Below are positions 27,542 to 35,920 of a stretch of 46,196 bases of DNA, in pieces. This stretch comes from Candidatus Zambryskiibacteriota bacterium. Lineage in GTDB: Bacteria; Patescibacteriota; Minisyncoccia; Phycocordibacterales; WO2-35-19. The stretch spans positions 1 to 46,196 of the forward strand of contig CAWJAC010000003.1 in assembly GCA_963840745.1 (NCBI GenBank). Reading direction: 5' to 3'. The notes beneath the pieces were generated by a model that did no database searches, was not told the origin of the DNA, and saw only the letters and a program-made list of their open reading frames with translations. Within the stretch, counting starts at the first letter, position 1, and every line of letters starts with the position of its first letter. The translations under genes and the position numbers were made by a program.

Positions 27542-28024
27542 ATGAAAATAATTGTCATTCTGAATAATATAAGAAGCAGCGAGAACACCGGTTCTATATT
27601 TCGTACAGCCGATGCTGCAGGTGTTTCAAAAATAATCTTAGTTGGCTATACTCCGGCTCCAACAGATAGATTTGGCAGAGAAAACAAGGGGCTGACCAAA
27701 GCTTCTTTGGGAGCAGAGAGATTTGTGGAATGGGAAAAGATAGAAAGTTTGTCTAAAGCTATTAGGGATCTGGACAATTTTTCAGCTTGGAAAGTTATAG
27801 GAATAGAACAAGATAAAAAAGCTATTGATTATAGAAATATTAAGCAGTCAGTAGCTAGTAGTCAGCATCTGGCATTAATTTTTGGAAACGAAGTTGATGG
27901 ACTTTCAAAAGAAGATCTAAAACTTTGCGACATTATCGCCCAAATTACAATGCGCGGCAAAAAAGAATCACTAAACGTCTCGGTCTGTGCCGGCATTGTT
28001 TTATATTCCTTAATAACTGACTGA
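27542..28024 (+). CDS. SpoU/TrmH-family RNA 2'-O-methyltransferase
   Basis: SPOUT motifs NTGSIFRTADAAGV, LIFGNEVDGLS and SLNVSVCAGIVLY. Confidence 0.85.
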   Translation: MKIIVILNNIRSSENTGSIFRTADAAGVSKIILVGYTPAPTDRFGRENKGLTKASLGAERFVEWEKIESLSKAIRDLDNFSAWKVIGIEQDKKAIDYRNIKQSVASSQHLALIFGNEVDGLSKEDLKLCDIIAQITMRGKKESLNVSVCAGIVLYSLITD

Positions 28025-28963
28025 ATCTACAACTAGACCGTTTTCATCAATAAGATCTATATTGTCATGAACCGGACGCCAGAGAGAGTCAAGTTTATTC
28101 AGATAGAGACGATATTCATTGCCGGGGAAAGTGGTATCGCCAAAATGTAGAGCAACGCAAGTGTTGTAATTTATTTTGGTAGTTATGTAAGTTTTGCAGG
28201 CTGGCGATACGGTATCGGGCAGGTCTCTTATAAATGCGCTGCTTGCAATAGTACACCTCGGTATCCTCTGTAAGAGGGCCACGCATTCATCAATTCTGTC
28301 GTAAACATTCGAAAATGTCGGCAATTTTTCATCCTGCGGTCGTGGGCATTGCAAAGAAAGACTTGGGTAAAAAATTCTATACTGATCAAAATAGCCGGTA
28401 CACTCATTTGTGCGGAAGGAAATGTTAATGGGGGAGAAGCCCTTAGTCAAATAAACCCTGTCTCCTTGCTGCAAAATCACGTCACTCTCTGTGTTGGTAG
28501 ATGGATAAGGCAATAGAGCCGCTTTGCCAATAACAGCGGAGTAACCGGTGACCTCACTTTTCAAGTACCAGCCAGTTATTTTTATGGTCTCGTTTTTACC
28601 AATGTTAGTGTAAAGTGTGAGATATTCTTTGTTTGGGTCATTTTGATAAAGTCCTGAAATGCTCGACATTCTGATTTTGCCGTAATAAGGCGAGCGTTTG
28701 CTTGCTTCTATTTCTTTAGTTATATTTTCCTGTAAAATTTTTATATCTTGTGCCGCACCATTTATGCTTTCTTCCGTACTCTTATTTGAAGAATATCCCG
28801 AATTTTGACTTGTTGGATTTTGGCTTGCTGTTCCAATTGAAGAGGAAGTCTGGCCTACACTGCTGCTTTTATTTAGGTTGGCTTTTTTAAGCGGATCATA
28901 GGCAAAACCAATAATGATGAACAAAACTAGCAATATAATTAACGGCTCTTTAATATCATCCAT
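28010..28963 (-). CDS. Membrane-anchored secreted protein with a lamin-tail-domain (LTD)-like module and a Cys-rich C-terminal region
   Basis: N-terminal TM helix and an S/T/N-rich linker. EYLTLYTNIGKNETIKITGWYLKSE...ILQQGDRVYL matches the LTD pattern (EyvEL.N...vdLsGW.l). The C-terminal 130 aa contain 7 cysteines. Confidence 0.55.
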   Translation of the reverse strand: MDDIKEPLIILLVLFIIIGFAYDPLKKANLNKSSSVGQTSSSIGTASQNPTSQNSGYSSNKSTEESINGAAQDIKILQENITKEIEASKRSPYYGKIRMSSISGLYQNDPNKEYLTLYTNIGKNETIKITGWYLKSEVTGYSAVIGKAALLPYPSTNTESDVILQQGDRVYLTKGFSPINISFRTNECTGYFDQYRIFYPSLSLQCPRPQDEKLPTFSNVYDRIDECVALLQRIPRCTIASSAFIRDLPDTVSPACKTYITTKINYNTCVALHFGDTTFPGNEYRLYLNKLDSLWRPVHDNIDLIDENGLVVDSVSY

Positions 28964-29819
28964 ATTTTATCTGGTGCTTGGGGCAGAAATGAGCGCTTCT
29001 TCCTCCCACCACAATTTTTTCTATTATACCACCGCATCCGCGTTTTTTGCATTTTTTCCCTTTAAGTCCGTAAGCGTTTTGCATTTCCTGGTATCTGCCT
29101 TTTTTCCCTTGGGCGTCGCGGTAATCAATATAAGAACTCCCACGAGCTTTAATGGCTTTATTTAGGACTGGTCTTATGGACCCATATATTTTTTTAAGCT
29201 CGGTCTCTTTTAAACCGGAAGTTTTTGTAAGCGGATGTATACCAGCTAGCCAGAGAATTTCATCTGAATAAATGTTTCCGATGCCCGCAATAATATTTTG
29301 GTCCATTAAAACACTTTTTATTTTTCCATTCCTATTTCTCATAATTTCAGAGAATTTTTTAAAATTAAAATTTTTATGGAGCGGCTCGGGCCCCATTTTT
29401 TCAAATTCTTTTGGAATTTTTTCAGTCGGAAGAACAATAACTTTTGCAAATTTTCTCATATCGCAGAGAGCCAGGTGTTTACCACCGGAAAGAAAAAACA
29501 AAAGATGAATAAAGCGATTTCCCGGGTCATCACGCATGGCTCCCGGCAACACACTTTCCCATTTTTTATTTTTCAACTCCCATCTGCCAAACATCAAATG
29601 CCCCGTCATTTTTTGATGGACGAGAATTGTTTTGCCGCTAGTAAGATCTATTAAAATATTTTTTCCCCGGCGCTCCACCTTTAAAATTTTTTCCCCGACA
29701 ACTTCTTTTTTTATTTTTTTAAATTTTGGGATATCAGTCCAAACATCCGTGATCTGGAGTCCCGGAATAAGTTTTTTTAAATCCGTAACAATTGTATGTA
29801 CTTCAGGTAGTTCGGGCAT
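28956..29819 (-). CDS. mutM: Formamidopyrimidine-DNA glycosylase
   Basis: N-terminal MPELPEV with a catalytic Pro2, an H2TH region, and a C-terminal zinc finger CKKRGCGG...CPKHQ. Confidence 0.9.
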   Translation of the reverse strand: MPELPEVHTIVTDLKKLIPGLQITDVWTDIPKFKKIKKEVVGEKILKVERRGKNILIDLTSGKTILVHQKMTGHLMFGRWELKNKKWESVLPGAMRDDPGNRFIHLLFFLSGGKHLALCDMRKFAKVIVLPTEKIPKEFEKMGPEPLHKNFNFKKFSEIMRNRNGKIKSVLMDQNIIAGIGNIYSDEILWLAGIHPLTKTSGLKETELKKIYGSIRPVLNKAIKARGSSYIDYRDAQGKKGRYQEMQNAYGLKGKKCKKRGCGGIIEKIVVGGRSAHFCPKHQIKYG

Positions 29820-29820
29820 T

Positions 29821-31140
29821 TTATTTCAAAATTTTCTTAAGTTCCTCTCTCACAATTGTTGCATCGTCCCATTCTTGTTTGCTGCCTTTTGGACCCATGA
29901 TGTAAGGATCTGTGCCTTTACCAGTAACAAGAACTGCTACTTTGTTTTGATTAGCCTGAGCAAGCATAGCGAGTCGAATGGCTTTGTTAATAGCGGCTCT
30001 CCTGTCTATAATTATTTCGCATGGTTTCCTCTTTATTCCTTTTTTTACATCTTCCACGATTTTTAGCGGATCTTCATCATAAGGATCTTCGTTGGTCAGG
30101 ATTATCTGGTCGCAATATTTGTCGGCGATTTTACCCATCTCTTCTCTTTTCCATTTATCTCTGCCTCCGCCGGTATTGCCTAAAATGCAAATCTTTTTGT
30201 ATTTGTTGTATGTCTCGTAAACGGCTTTTAGAGAATCTGGTGTATGGGCATAATCAACCACCACATCAAATCCGCCAGCTGGCGGATTTTCTACGTTTAT
30301 TTTTTCCATTCGGCCGCGTACAAAATTTATTTTTTCTAGTCCTTCTTTTATTTTTTGATCTGGGATACCGGCAAATTTGGCGTAAGCAACTGCGCCAAGC
30401 ATATTGTAAACATTAAAAACGCCCGGCAATTTGCTATGAATGGTTGTTTTGCCAATTTGAAAAGAAGAACCTTTGTCATCTGCCTTCACGGCTATGGCAT
30501 CGCTAAGAGAATAGGGGATTTTATTTTTTATATCAAGATCCAGAAATTTTTGTCCTTCTTTGTCATCTACATTAACCACGATTACCGGGCCAGAAAAAAA
30601 GTTTTTCTTTTGGCCCTCAAGTTCTTTTGCTATGGAAAGTTTGGCTTTGACATAATTTTCATAAGAACCGTGCGACTCGATATGCTCTGGTGCAAGATTT
30701 GTAAAAATCAAAGCGTCCAAAAAAAGGAAACGATGCCGCGATTGGGGCACACCTTCGGAACTAATTTCTATTATGGCGTGAGTGCAGCCGGCGAGAACTG
30801 CTTGCCTCAAAAATTTCTGTGTAAAAAACCTGCCACGCAGAGTCATTTTAAACATGTTTCTCCATTCTTTTTCTCCTATTTTGTATCTTATTGTATTAGC
30901 AAGTGCTGTTTTTTTGCCATCAGCTTCTAGGATGGCGTTTATAATTTCTGTGGTTGTCGATTTTCCTTTGGTACCGGTCACGCCTATTACTGTAAGTTTT
31001 CTGCCGGGAAAACGATGAATAATAGCTCCAAGCAGAGACAATTTGTAATGATAAATAGGCTGAAAAAATTCAAATATAGGTTTTGGAATAATTTTTCTCC
31101 CAATTCTAAGTATTTTTTCTAAGAATTTTGACTCCTGCAT
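29821..31140 (-). CDS. murE: Mur ligase family protein (MurE-like UDP-MurNAc-tripeptide synthetase)
   Basis: P-loop GVTGTKGKSTT, DYAHTPDSL, and GNTGGGRDKWKR (compare MurE GCGGDRDxxKR). The N-terminal domain is short. Confidence 0.75.
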   Translation of the reverse strand: MQESKFLEKILRIGRKIIPKPIFEFFQPIYHYKLSLLGAIIHRFPGRKLTVIGVTGTKGKSTTTEIINAILEADGKKTALANTIRYKIGEKEWRNMFKMTLRGRFFTQKFLRQAVLAGCTHAIIEISSEGVPQSRHRFLFLDALIFTNLAPEHIESHGSYENYVKAKLSIAKELEGQKKNFFSGPVIVVNVDDKEGQKFLDLDIKNKIPYSLSDAIAVKADDKGSSFQIGKTTIHSKLPGVFNVYNMLGAVAYAKFAGIPDQKIKEGLEKINFVRGRMEKINVENPPAGGFDVVVDYAHTPDSLKAVYETYNKYKKICILGNTGGGRDKWKREEMGKIADKYCDQIILTNEDPYDEDPLKIVEDVKKGIKRKPCEIIIDRRAAINKAIRLAMLAQANQNKVAVLVTGKGTDPYIMGPKGSKQEWDDATIVREELKKILK

Positions 31141-31141
31141 T

Positions 31142-31708
31142 TTACTTGCCTAAATTTTTTAGGGAATATTTTATTTTTTCATTTGTTCCGACCAGGTCTT
31201 TTGGCAAATTCTTGATCGTCTCTTGGATGTCTCGCTCCCTGTATCCCAAAGACTTAAGAGCGTCAAAGACATCAACATTCTCGCTTGCTCCTAGCTCTCC
31301 TTTTCTGGTTGTGATAAGTTTGCCGTTTAATTCTAAAACTATTTTTTCAGCCGTCTTTCTGCCAATGCCTGAAATTTTGGTAAGTGATGATGTGTCTCCA
31401 CTTCCGACCGCCTCTTCGATTGATTTTACTCCGGCTACGGAGAGAATGGCAAGTGCCGACTTGGGACCGACTCCTGAGACAGTTATCAAAAGCTCAAAAA
31501 CCCGCAGTTCCTCTTCTGTTTCAAATCCATAAAGATCTATTGAATTTTCTCTGACGGCGGTATATGTCCAGAAGTTTGCTTCCGATCCGGTTTTAAGTTT
31601 TGAGAGGTAATAAGGAGTGCTGTGCACCACGAAACCAATGCCGCCAGCCTTTACAATAGTTTTTGTTCCTTTTAGATCAAATATTTTGCCTGTAATATGG
31701 CCAAACAT
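31142..31708 (-). CDS. ruvA: Holliday junction DNA helicase subunit RuvA
   Basis: MFGHITGKI..., HhH motifs (LITVSGVGPKSALAIL, LTKISGIGRKTAEKIV) and a C-terminal domain III. The internal ATG at 31706-31708 is preferred over the tracked 31768. Confidence 0.9.
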   Translation of the reverse strand: MFGHITGKIFDLKGTKTIVKAGGIGFVVHSTPYYLSKLKTGSEANFWTYTAVRENSIDLYGFETEEELRVFELLITVSGVGPKSALAILSVAGVKSIEEAVGSGDTSSLTKISGIGRKTAEKIVLELNGKLITTRKGELGASENVDVFDALKSLGYRERDIQETIKNLPKDLVGTNEKIKYSLKNLGK

Positions 31709-31761
31709 GAGTACAATATAGCAGATTTGCTTATTTTTTGCTTTCTGGTATATTGCTCTGT

Positions 31762-32022
31762 ATGCCAATAACGAGTTCAGCCAAAAAGGCTCTGCGATCT
31801 TCCAAAAGGAAGAAGGTTTTCAATTTGCGCCGCAAAAACGAAATGCAGAGCGTTATTAAAGAATATAAAAAATTAGTTGCTGCCAAAAAAACAAATGAAG
31901 CTCAAAAACTTATTCCCAAACTTCAGAAGGTTATAGACAAAGCGCAGAAGAGGGGACTCATCAAGAAAAACACCGCTTCCCGCAAAAAATCCCGTCTACT
32001 CAAAATAACTTTTAGACAATAA
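31762..32022 (+). CDS. rpsT: 30S ribosomal protein S20
   Basis: MPITSSAKKALRSSKRKKVFNLRRKNEM... is a basic helical protein of about 86 aa. The ATG at 31762 is preferred. Confidence 0.9.
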   Translation: MPITSSAKKALRSSKRKKVFNLRRKNEMQSVIKEYKKLVAAKKTNEAQKLIPKLQKVIDKAQKRGLIKKNTASRKKSRLLKITFRQ

Positions 32023-32024
32023 AA

Positions 32025-32096
32025 CCTCCCGTCGTTCAACGGATAGGATGCATCCTTGCGGAGGATGTGATAGAGGTTCGATTCCTCTCGGGAGGA
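32025..32096 (+). tRNA. tRNA-Arg (anticodon GCG)
   Basis: CCTCCCG/TC/GTTC-AACGGATA-GGAT/G/CATCC-TTGCGGA-GGATG/TGAT/AGAGG-TTCGATT-CCTCT/CGGGAGG/A. It starts 2 nt after the rpsT stop. The variable loop is 4 nt. No CCA is encoded. Confidence 0.8.
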
Positions 32097-32105
32097 CAAG
32101 AAAGT

Positions 32106-32579
32106 TTATCTCGCCAAGAGTTTATCAAACCATTTGTGAATCAAGGATTCGGAGAGGAATTCTTCAGCTAAAAATTCAAGGAGAATATCGCGGATGTCAT
32201 TGAGATCAACCTCTTCGTTTACCGGAATGACCACGAGAGGCAGGAAAGAATTCACTGGATGCAGCAGGATGCGAGCGCCGTGAACATGCTCATCCTCAAT
32301 CCAAAAAGATCGGTAAGAGAGCCAAGGATATAAAAATTTGCCCAAAATTATGCCTTTAGTTGTTATCTTTACCGGAATTATTTTAGTTTCTTTGTATGAA
32401 AGCATGCCCACGGTCAACCCGGCAATTATTATAAATATGCCGAATAGAAAATCGCCAAAGTAAAATGCCAAAACCGAAGCACCCAAAATTATTACGCCCA
32501 GTATCCAATACCAATCATTGGTTTTTTTATCAAAATGATGTTCGGGGCTCACCCATTCTAAAATAGTTTCGTTTTCCAT
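32106..32579 (-). CDS. Hypothetical membrane protein
   Basis: A 157-aa protein with two adjacent TM helices (WYWILGVIILGASVLAFYFGDFLFGIFIIIAGLTVGML) followed by a soluble domain. Confidence 0.6.
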   Translation of the reverse strand: MENETILEWVSPEHHFDKKTNDWYWILGVIILGASVLAFYFGDFLFGIFIIIAGLTVGMLSYKETKIIPVKITTKGIILGKFLYPWLSYRSFWIEDEHVHGARILLHPVNSFLPLVVIPVNEEVDLNDIRDILLEFLAEEFLSESLIHKWFDKLLAR

Positions 32580-32602
32580 TACTCATATTTTACTATATTT
32601 GA

Positions 32603-32939
32603 TTACTTAACAATACTTCCGGGGGGGATATTTTCCGGAACTTTAAGCAATGAGAAAAATTTGCCGGGCTGGCGAATCACCTGATAATGCCATAATCATA
32701 GCCTCGCTTTTAAGTCCTATTATTTCTCTTGGTTCTAGATTTGTTACAAAAGTGCAAGTTGTTCCAACCAATTCTTCCGGAGAAATGTATTTTGCTATTC
32801 CTGAAAGCACCTGTCTTTTATTTTCTTCATTAAAATCCACCAAAAGTTTAAGCAATTTTTCCGATCCTTCTACCGGCTCTGCCGAAATTATTTTTCCGGC
32901 TCTTATTTCAACCTTTTTAAAATCATCTATGGTTATCAT
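32603..32939 (-). CDS. tRNA-binding domain protein (CsaA / Trbp111 / MetRS-C-terminal-like); 3' end frameshifted
   Basis: FKKVEIRAGKIISAEPVEGSEKLLKLLVDF...SGIAKYISPEELVGT is an OB-fold tRNA-binding signature. The tracked ORF ends at 32643 (PARQIFLIA*). A 1-nt shift near 32664-32668 restores PAGKFFSLLKVPENIPPGSIVK* with a stop at 32603-32605. Confidence 0.75.
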
Positions 32940-33004
32940 AAATAAAGTATAATATTTTTGATTTCATTGTGTAGGGCTATTCATATTGTAATATCTCCGT
33001 TTAT

Positions 33005-33074
33005 GGACGGGTGCCGGAGTGGTTTTCAACGGAACAGTGCATTGACCAAACTGCCACCTCCATTCAAGGGGGCC
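33005..33074 (+). other. tRNA-like fragment (5' half of a class II tRNA, no T-arm or 3' acceptor strand)
   Basis: GGACGGG/TG/CCG-GAGTGGTTTTCAA-CGG/A/ACAGT... parallels the acceptor and D-arm of bacterial Ser/Tyr/Leu tRNAs (compare Tyr GGTGGGG TT CCCGAGCGGCCAAAGGG A GCAGA). The anticodon region is irregular (4-bp stem, 11-nt loop), and no CCCGTCC complement follows. Confidence 0.3.
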
Positions 33075-33102
33075 AAAATATAACGAATCTCACAATTATG
33101 CC

Positions 33103-33477
33103 ATGAAATATCTAGGCATTGATTTTGGAAGTAAGAGGGTGGGGATTGCTGTCTCGGATGAAGGGGGCAAGATGGCTTTTCCGCGCGAGGTTTTGGCGAA
33201 TGACAAAAATCTTTTGGCTGAAATTGAAAATATAATAGGGAATGAGGGGATTAATATAATTGTGATGGGAGAGTCAAAAGATTTTAAAAATGAGCCAAAC
33301 AAGATAATGAAAGATATAAAAAGGTTCAAAAAGATATTGGAAGAAAAAACAAAATTGCATGTTTCGTTTGAGCCTGAATTTATGACCTCTAGCCAAGCGG
33401 AACAAATTCAGGGCAAAAACAAAATGCATGACGCCTCTGCTGCCGCTATTATCCTCCAATCTTATCTTGATAGATAA
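33103..33477 (+). CDS. ruvX: YqgF/RuvX-family putative pre-16S rRNA nuclease / Holliday junction resolvase-like protein
   Basis: MKYLGIDFGSKRVGIAVSD...DASAAAIILQSYLD, the hallmark N- and C-terminal motifs. Confidence 0.85.
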   Translation: MKYLGIDFGSKRVGIAVSDEGGKMAFPREVLANDKNLLAEIENIIGNEGINIIVMGESKDFKNEPNKIMKDIKRFKKILEEKTKLHVSFEPEFMTSSQAEQIQGKNKMHDASAAAIILQSYLDR

Positions 33478-33486
33478 CTCACCCAA

Positions 33487-33544
33487 CCCCTCTCTTATAG
33501 TTAAGAGAGGGGCTTCAGAAACCCCCTCTTGTTGTAAGAGGGGG
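33487..33544 (+). repeat. Two tandem GC-rich hairpins with related stems
   Basis: Hairpin 1 has an 11-bp stem, CCCCTCTCTTA (33487-33497) against TAAGAGAGGGG (33502-33512). Hairpin 2 has a 9-bp stem, CCCCCTCTT (33522-33530) against AAGAGGGGG (33536-33544). Neither is followed by a T-run. Confidence 0.5.
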
Positions 33545-33566
33545 TAGGGGGCGTTATAATAAGGAT

Positions 33567-34526
33567 ATGAAATTTAGATTTCTCTCTAAATATTTTCCAC
33601 CGCCAAAATTTTTAAAACCGCCTTATATTGGAATTTCTTTTTCTGACACCAGTATTAAAGCAATTTCATTTGATAAAAAATCAAGAGGGCCTCGTTTTAA
33701 AAGCACTATCATTTCAGTTGAAAAAGGATCGATAGTTCAAGGCAAGATTGCGAGTATGGAGGAAATTGTTAAAAAACTTTCCATTGTAAAGAAAAATTTT
33801 GATTCACCGTTTGTTTTTTTTACTGTGCCGGATGAGTTGACCTATGTATTTTCGGCTTCAATACCCGCCACTGGAGCCGACATAACAGAAGCGGTGGCTT
33901 TCATCATTGAAGAAAATGTGCCTCTTTCTTTGAGCGAAACTATTTTCGATTTTGTGCCAATCCAGATACTTCAATCTGACTCGAGCTATACTGCTTCGGT
34001 GGTAGTGGCTGCTTGTGTTAAAAAAGAAGTAGAGAAATTTTTGGAAGCATTTCGCAGAGCCGGATTTGAACCGGTAGGCTGTGCCCACGAATCCCAAGCC
34101 ATTGCTAGAGCAATCATTCCTCAAAAATTTTTTGGAACATTTTGTATTGTTCACGCGAGAGAAAACAAAATCGGAGTTCATTTAATAAAAAACAAAATAG
34201 TTTGTTTTTCTACCATCAGAAACGTTTCAAACGGTGATTATAAAAAGGAATTTTTAGATGAATACGAAAAGTTTTTAGAATATTGTTTGAGATATGATGC
34301 AAACTTAAGTCAGCCTATCAAATCCATTTTTGTTTGCGGTGAATTTGAAAATGCTCAAAAAGTGGTTGAAGCGATAAATGACTCTAACTATAGTCTAAAA
34401 AACATCAAATTATCCAATGTGTGGACCAATGTTTTTGAGATAGATAAATATCTTCCTGACATTCCTTTTGAAAAATCTTTAAGCTTCGCTGGATCAATCG
34501 GGGCGGCCTTGTCCGATATAATATAA
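33567..34526 (+). CDS. pilM: Type IV pilus assembly protein PilM-like (actin-fold)
   Basis: A 319-aa protein immediately upstream of a PilN-like gene, with an actin/FtsA-like layout (IGISFSDTSIKAISF...). Confidence 0.7.
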   Translation: MKFRFLSKYFPPPKFLKPPYIGISFSDTSIKAISFDKKSRGPRFKSTIISVEKGSIVQGKIASMEEIVKKLSIVKKNFDSPFVFFTVPDELTYVFSASIPATGADITEAVAFIIEENVPLSLSETIFDFVPIQILQSDSSYTASVVVAACVKKEVEKFLEAFRRAGFEPVGCAHESQAIARAIIPQKFFGTFCIVHARENKIGVHLIKNKIVCFSTIRNVSNGDYKKEFLDEYEKFLEYCLRYDANLSQPIKSIFVCGEFENAQKVVEAINDSNYSLKNIKLSNVWTNVFEIDKYLPDIPFEKSLSFAGSIGAALSDII

Positions 34527-34537
34527 ATTTATAAGAA

Positions 34538-35086
34538 ATGAATCTTTTGCCAAAAACAGAAAAAGAGGATTTAAAAAAGGGTTTAAAACTTCGTTTTGCC
34601 ATTGTGGCTATGTTTCTATTATCGGCATCCTTTTTGATTGGTTTCGTTATGTTTCTACCTTCTTATTTTTTAGCTTTTGGTTATTTCTCTAAAACTGCTC
34701 CCGATAGTTATTTTTTGAAACCAGAAAACAGCGATTCAATCAATAAAATTTTAAGTTTACCGGACGAGATCAGTTCAAAACTGGGTTTTTTCCAATCAAA
34801 TATCCATAATGTTTCGGTGGCGGATTATTTTTCCAAAATTGTCGACAATCTGCCAAAAGGGGTGCAGATAAATTCGATATCATTTTCTAAAAATCAAAAT
34901 TATAATGGGAATAACGGTACCGTTATTTTAGTTTCAGGAATAGCTGTCAGTAGGGATTCTCTAATGTCCTTCTCAACACTCTTAAAAGAATCTGGTTTGT
35001 TTTCTGATGTTGAAGTGCCGGTCTCAAATTTAACCAAAGACGAAAACCTGCCTTTTTCTATAAATATCTTAATTGAAAATGAATAA
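34538..35086 (+). CDS. pilN: PilN-like pilus assembly protein
   Basis: The N-terminal MNLLPK matches the conserved PilN INLLP motif that binds PilM. It has a single TM helix and a periplasmic ferredoxin-like region. Confidence 0.65.
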   Translation: MNLLPKTEKEDLKKGLKLRFAIVAMFLLSASFLIGFVMFLPSYFLAFGYFSKTAPDSYFLKPENSDSINKILSLPDEISSKLGFFQSNIHNVSVADYFSKIVDNLPKGVQINSISFSKNQNYNGNNGTVILVSGIAVSRDSLMSFSTLLKESGLFSDVEVPVSNLTKDENLPFSINILIENE

Positions 35087-35603
35087 TTGGATTCCAAAAA
35101 GCAAAGTTGTAAGATTTGCAGCAATAATCGCTCTCTTTAGTATCATTCTGTATTTTGTTGGTCTGCTAATTGTTCTTAATGAAATAAACAAAGTAAAAAA
35201 TTTTTATAGCGATACCAGCTCCGAGTCATTTAAAGAAGAGAAGTTTTGGGCAATTAAGTCCATAGCCGAGGCAAATAGTGGACCAATACAAACTTTAAGA
35301 GATTTCTTTATTCAAAAAGGTGATGAAGTAAAATTTATAGAACAAATAGAAGGAGTTGCTAAAACCTCTTCCATTAAATCTGAAATCAGCTCCATTGATG
35401 TTGCGGCGGATGGAGCAGATCCGTCCAAAGAAGATGTTGATGTAAAAATGAACGCAGAAGGTTCTTGGAAAAATATGATGCTCTTTTTAGACGGACTGGA
35501 AAAGATGCCCTTTGGAGTTTCAATTGATAAAGTCAATTTGGATGCCAATGTGCCAGGCAATTGGTCTGGGTCTGTTGAATTTATAGTTTTTAGAGAAAAA
35601 TAA
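35073..35603 (+). CDS. pilO: PilO-like pilus assembly protein
   Basis: Single N-terminal TM helix, a coiled segment and a C-terminal domain, translationally coupled to pilN by a 14-nt overlap. Confidence 0.5.
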   Translation: MKMNNWIPKSKVVRFAAIIALFSIILYFVGLLIVLNEINKVKNFYSDTSSESFKEEKFWAIKSIAEANSGPIQTLRDFFIQKGDEVKFIEQIEGVAKTSSIKSEISSIDVAADGADPSKEDVDVKMNAEGSWKNMMLFLDGLEKMPFGVSIDKVNLDANVPGNWSGSVEFIVFREK

Positions 35604-35605
35604 AA

Positions 35606-35908
35606 ATGAAATTTAATTTTTCAAAATTTAAAAAGAAAAGTTTACCATCCTTAAGATCTTTGCGGTCGCAGATTTTTGATGTTGATTTATTTTGGTTTGT
35701 GGCCCTTGGTTTATGCGCGGTAATTATTATAGTCACGATCTCGATCGGGTTTAAACTTTTCTACTCCCAGTATTTTGGAAGCTATAAAACATCATCTTCA
35801 GAAAATTTTGAAAGCACTATGAATATAGATAAACTCAAAAGTGCCATTGAAAAGAGAAATATTTTTCTAAACCAAAAAATTTCTCCATCTCATGACCCTT
35901 CGCTATAA
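35606..35908 (+). CDS. Small single-pass membrane protein (pilus-cluster associated, hypothetical)
   Basis: A 100-aa ORF starting 2 nt after pilO, with one TM helix (LFWFVALGLCAVIIIVTISIGF). Confidence 0.5.
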   Translation: MKFNFSKFKKKSLPSLRSLRSQIFDVDLFWFVALGLCAVIIIVTISIGFKLFYSQYFGSYKTSSSENFESTMNIDKLKSAIEKRNIFLNQKISPSHDPSL

Positions 35909-35920
35909 AGATTTTGTTTG

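Noticed and set aside
33005-33074. Reading the CCTCC-ATTCAA-GGGGG hairpin as a UCA (selenocysteine) anticodon arm of a tRNA-Sec.
   Set aside because: The loop is 6 nt rather than 7. There is no 3' acceptor strand, no T-arm, and no 8/5 or 9/4 acceptor/T architecture.
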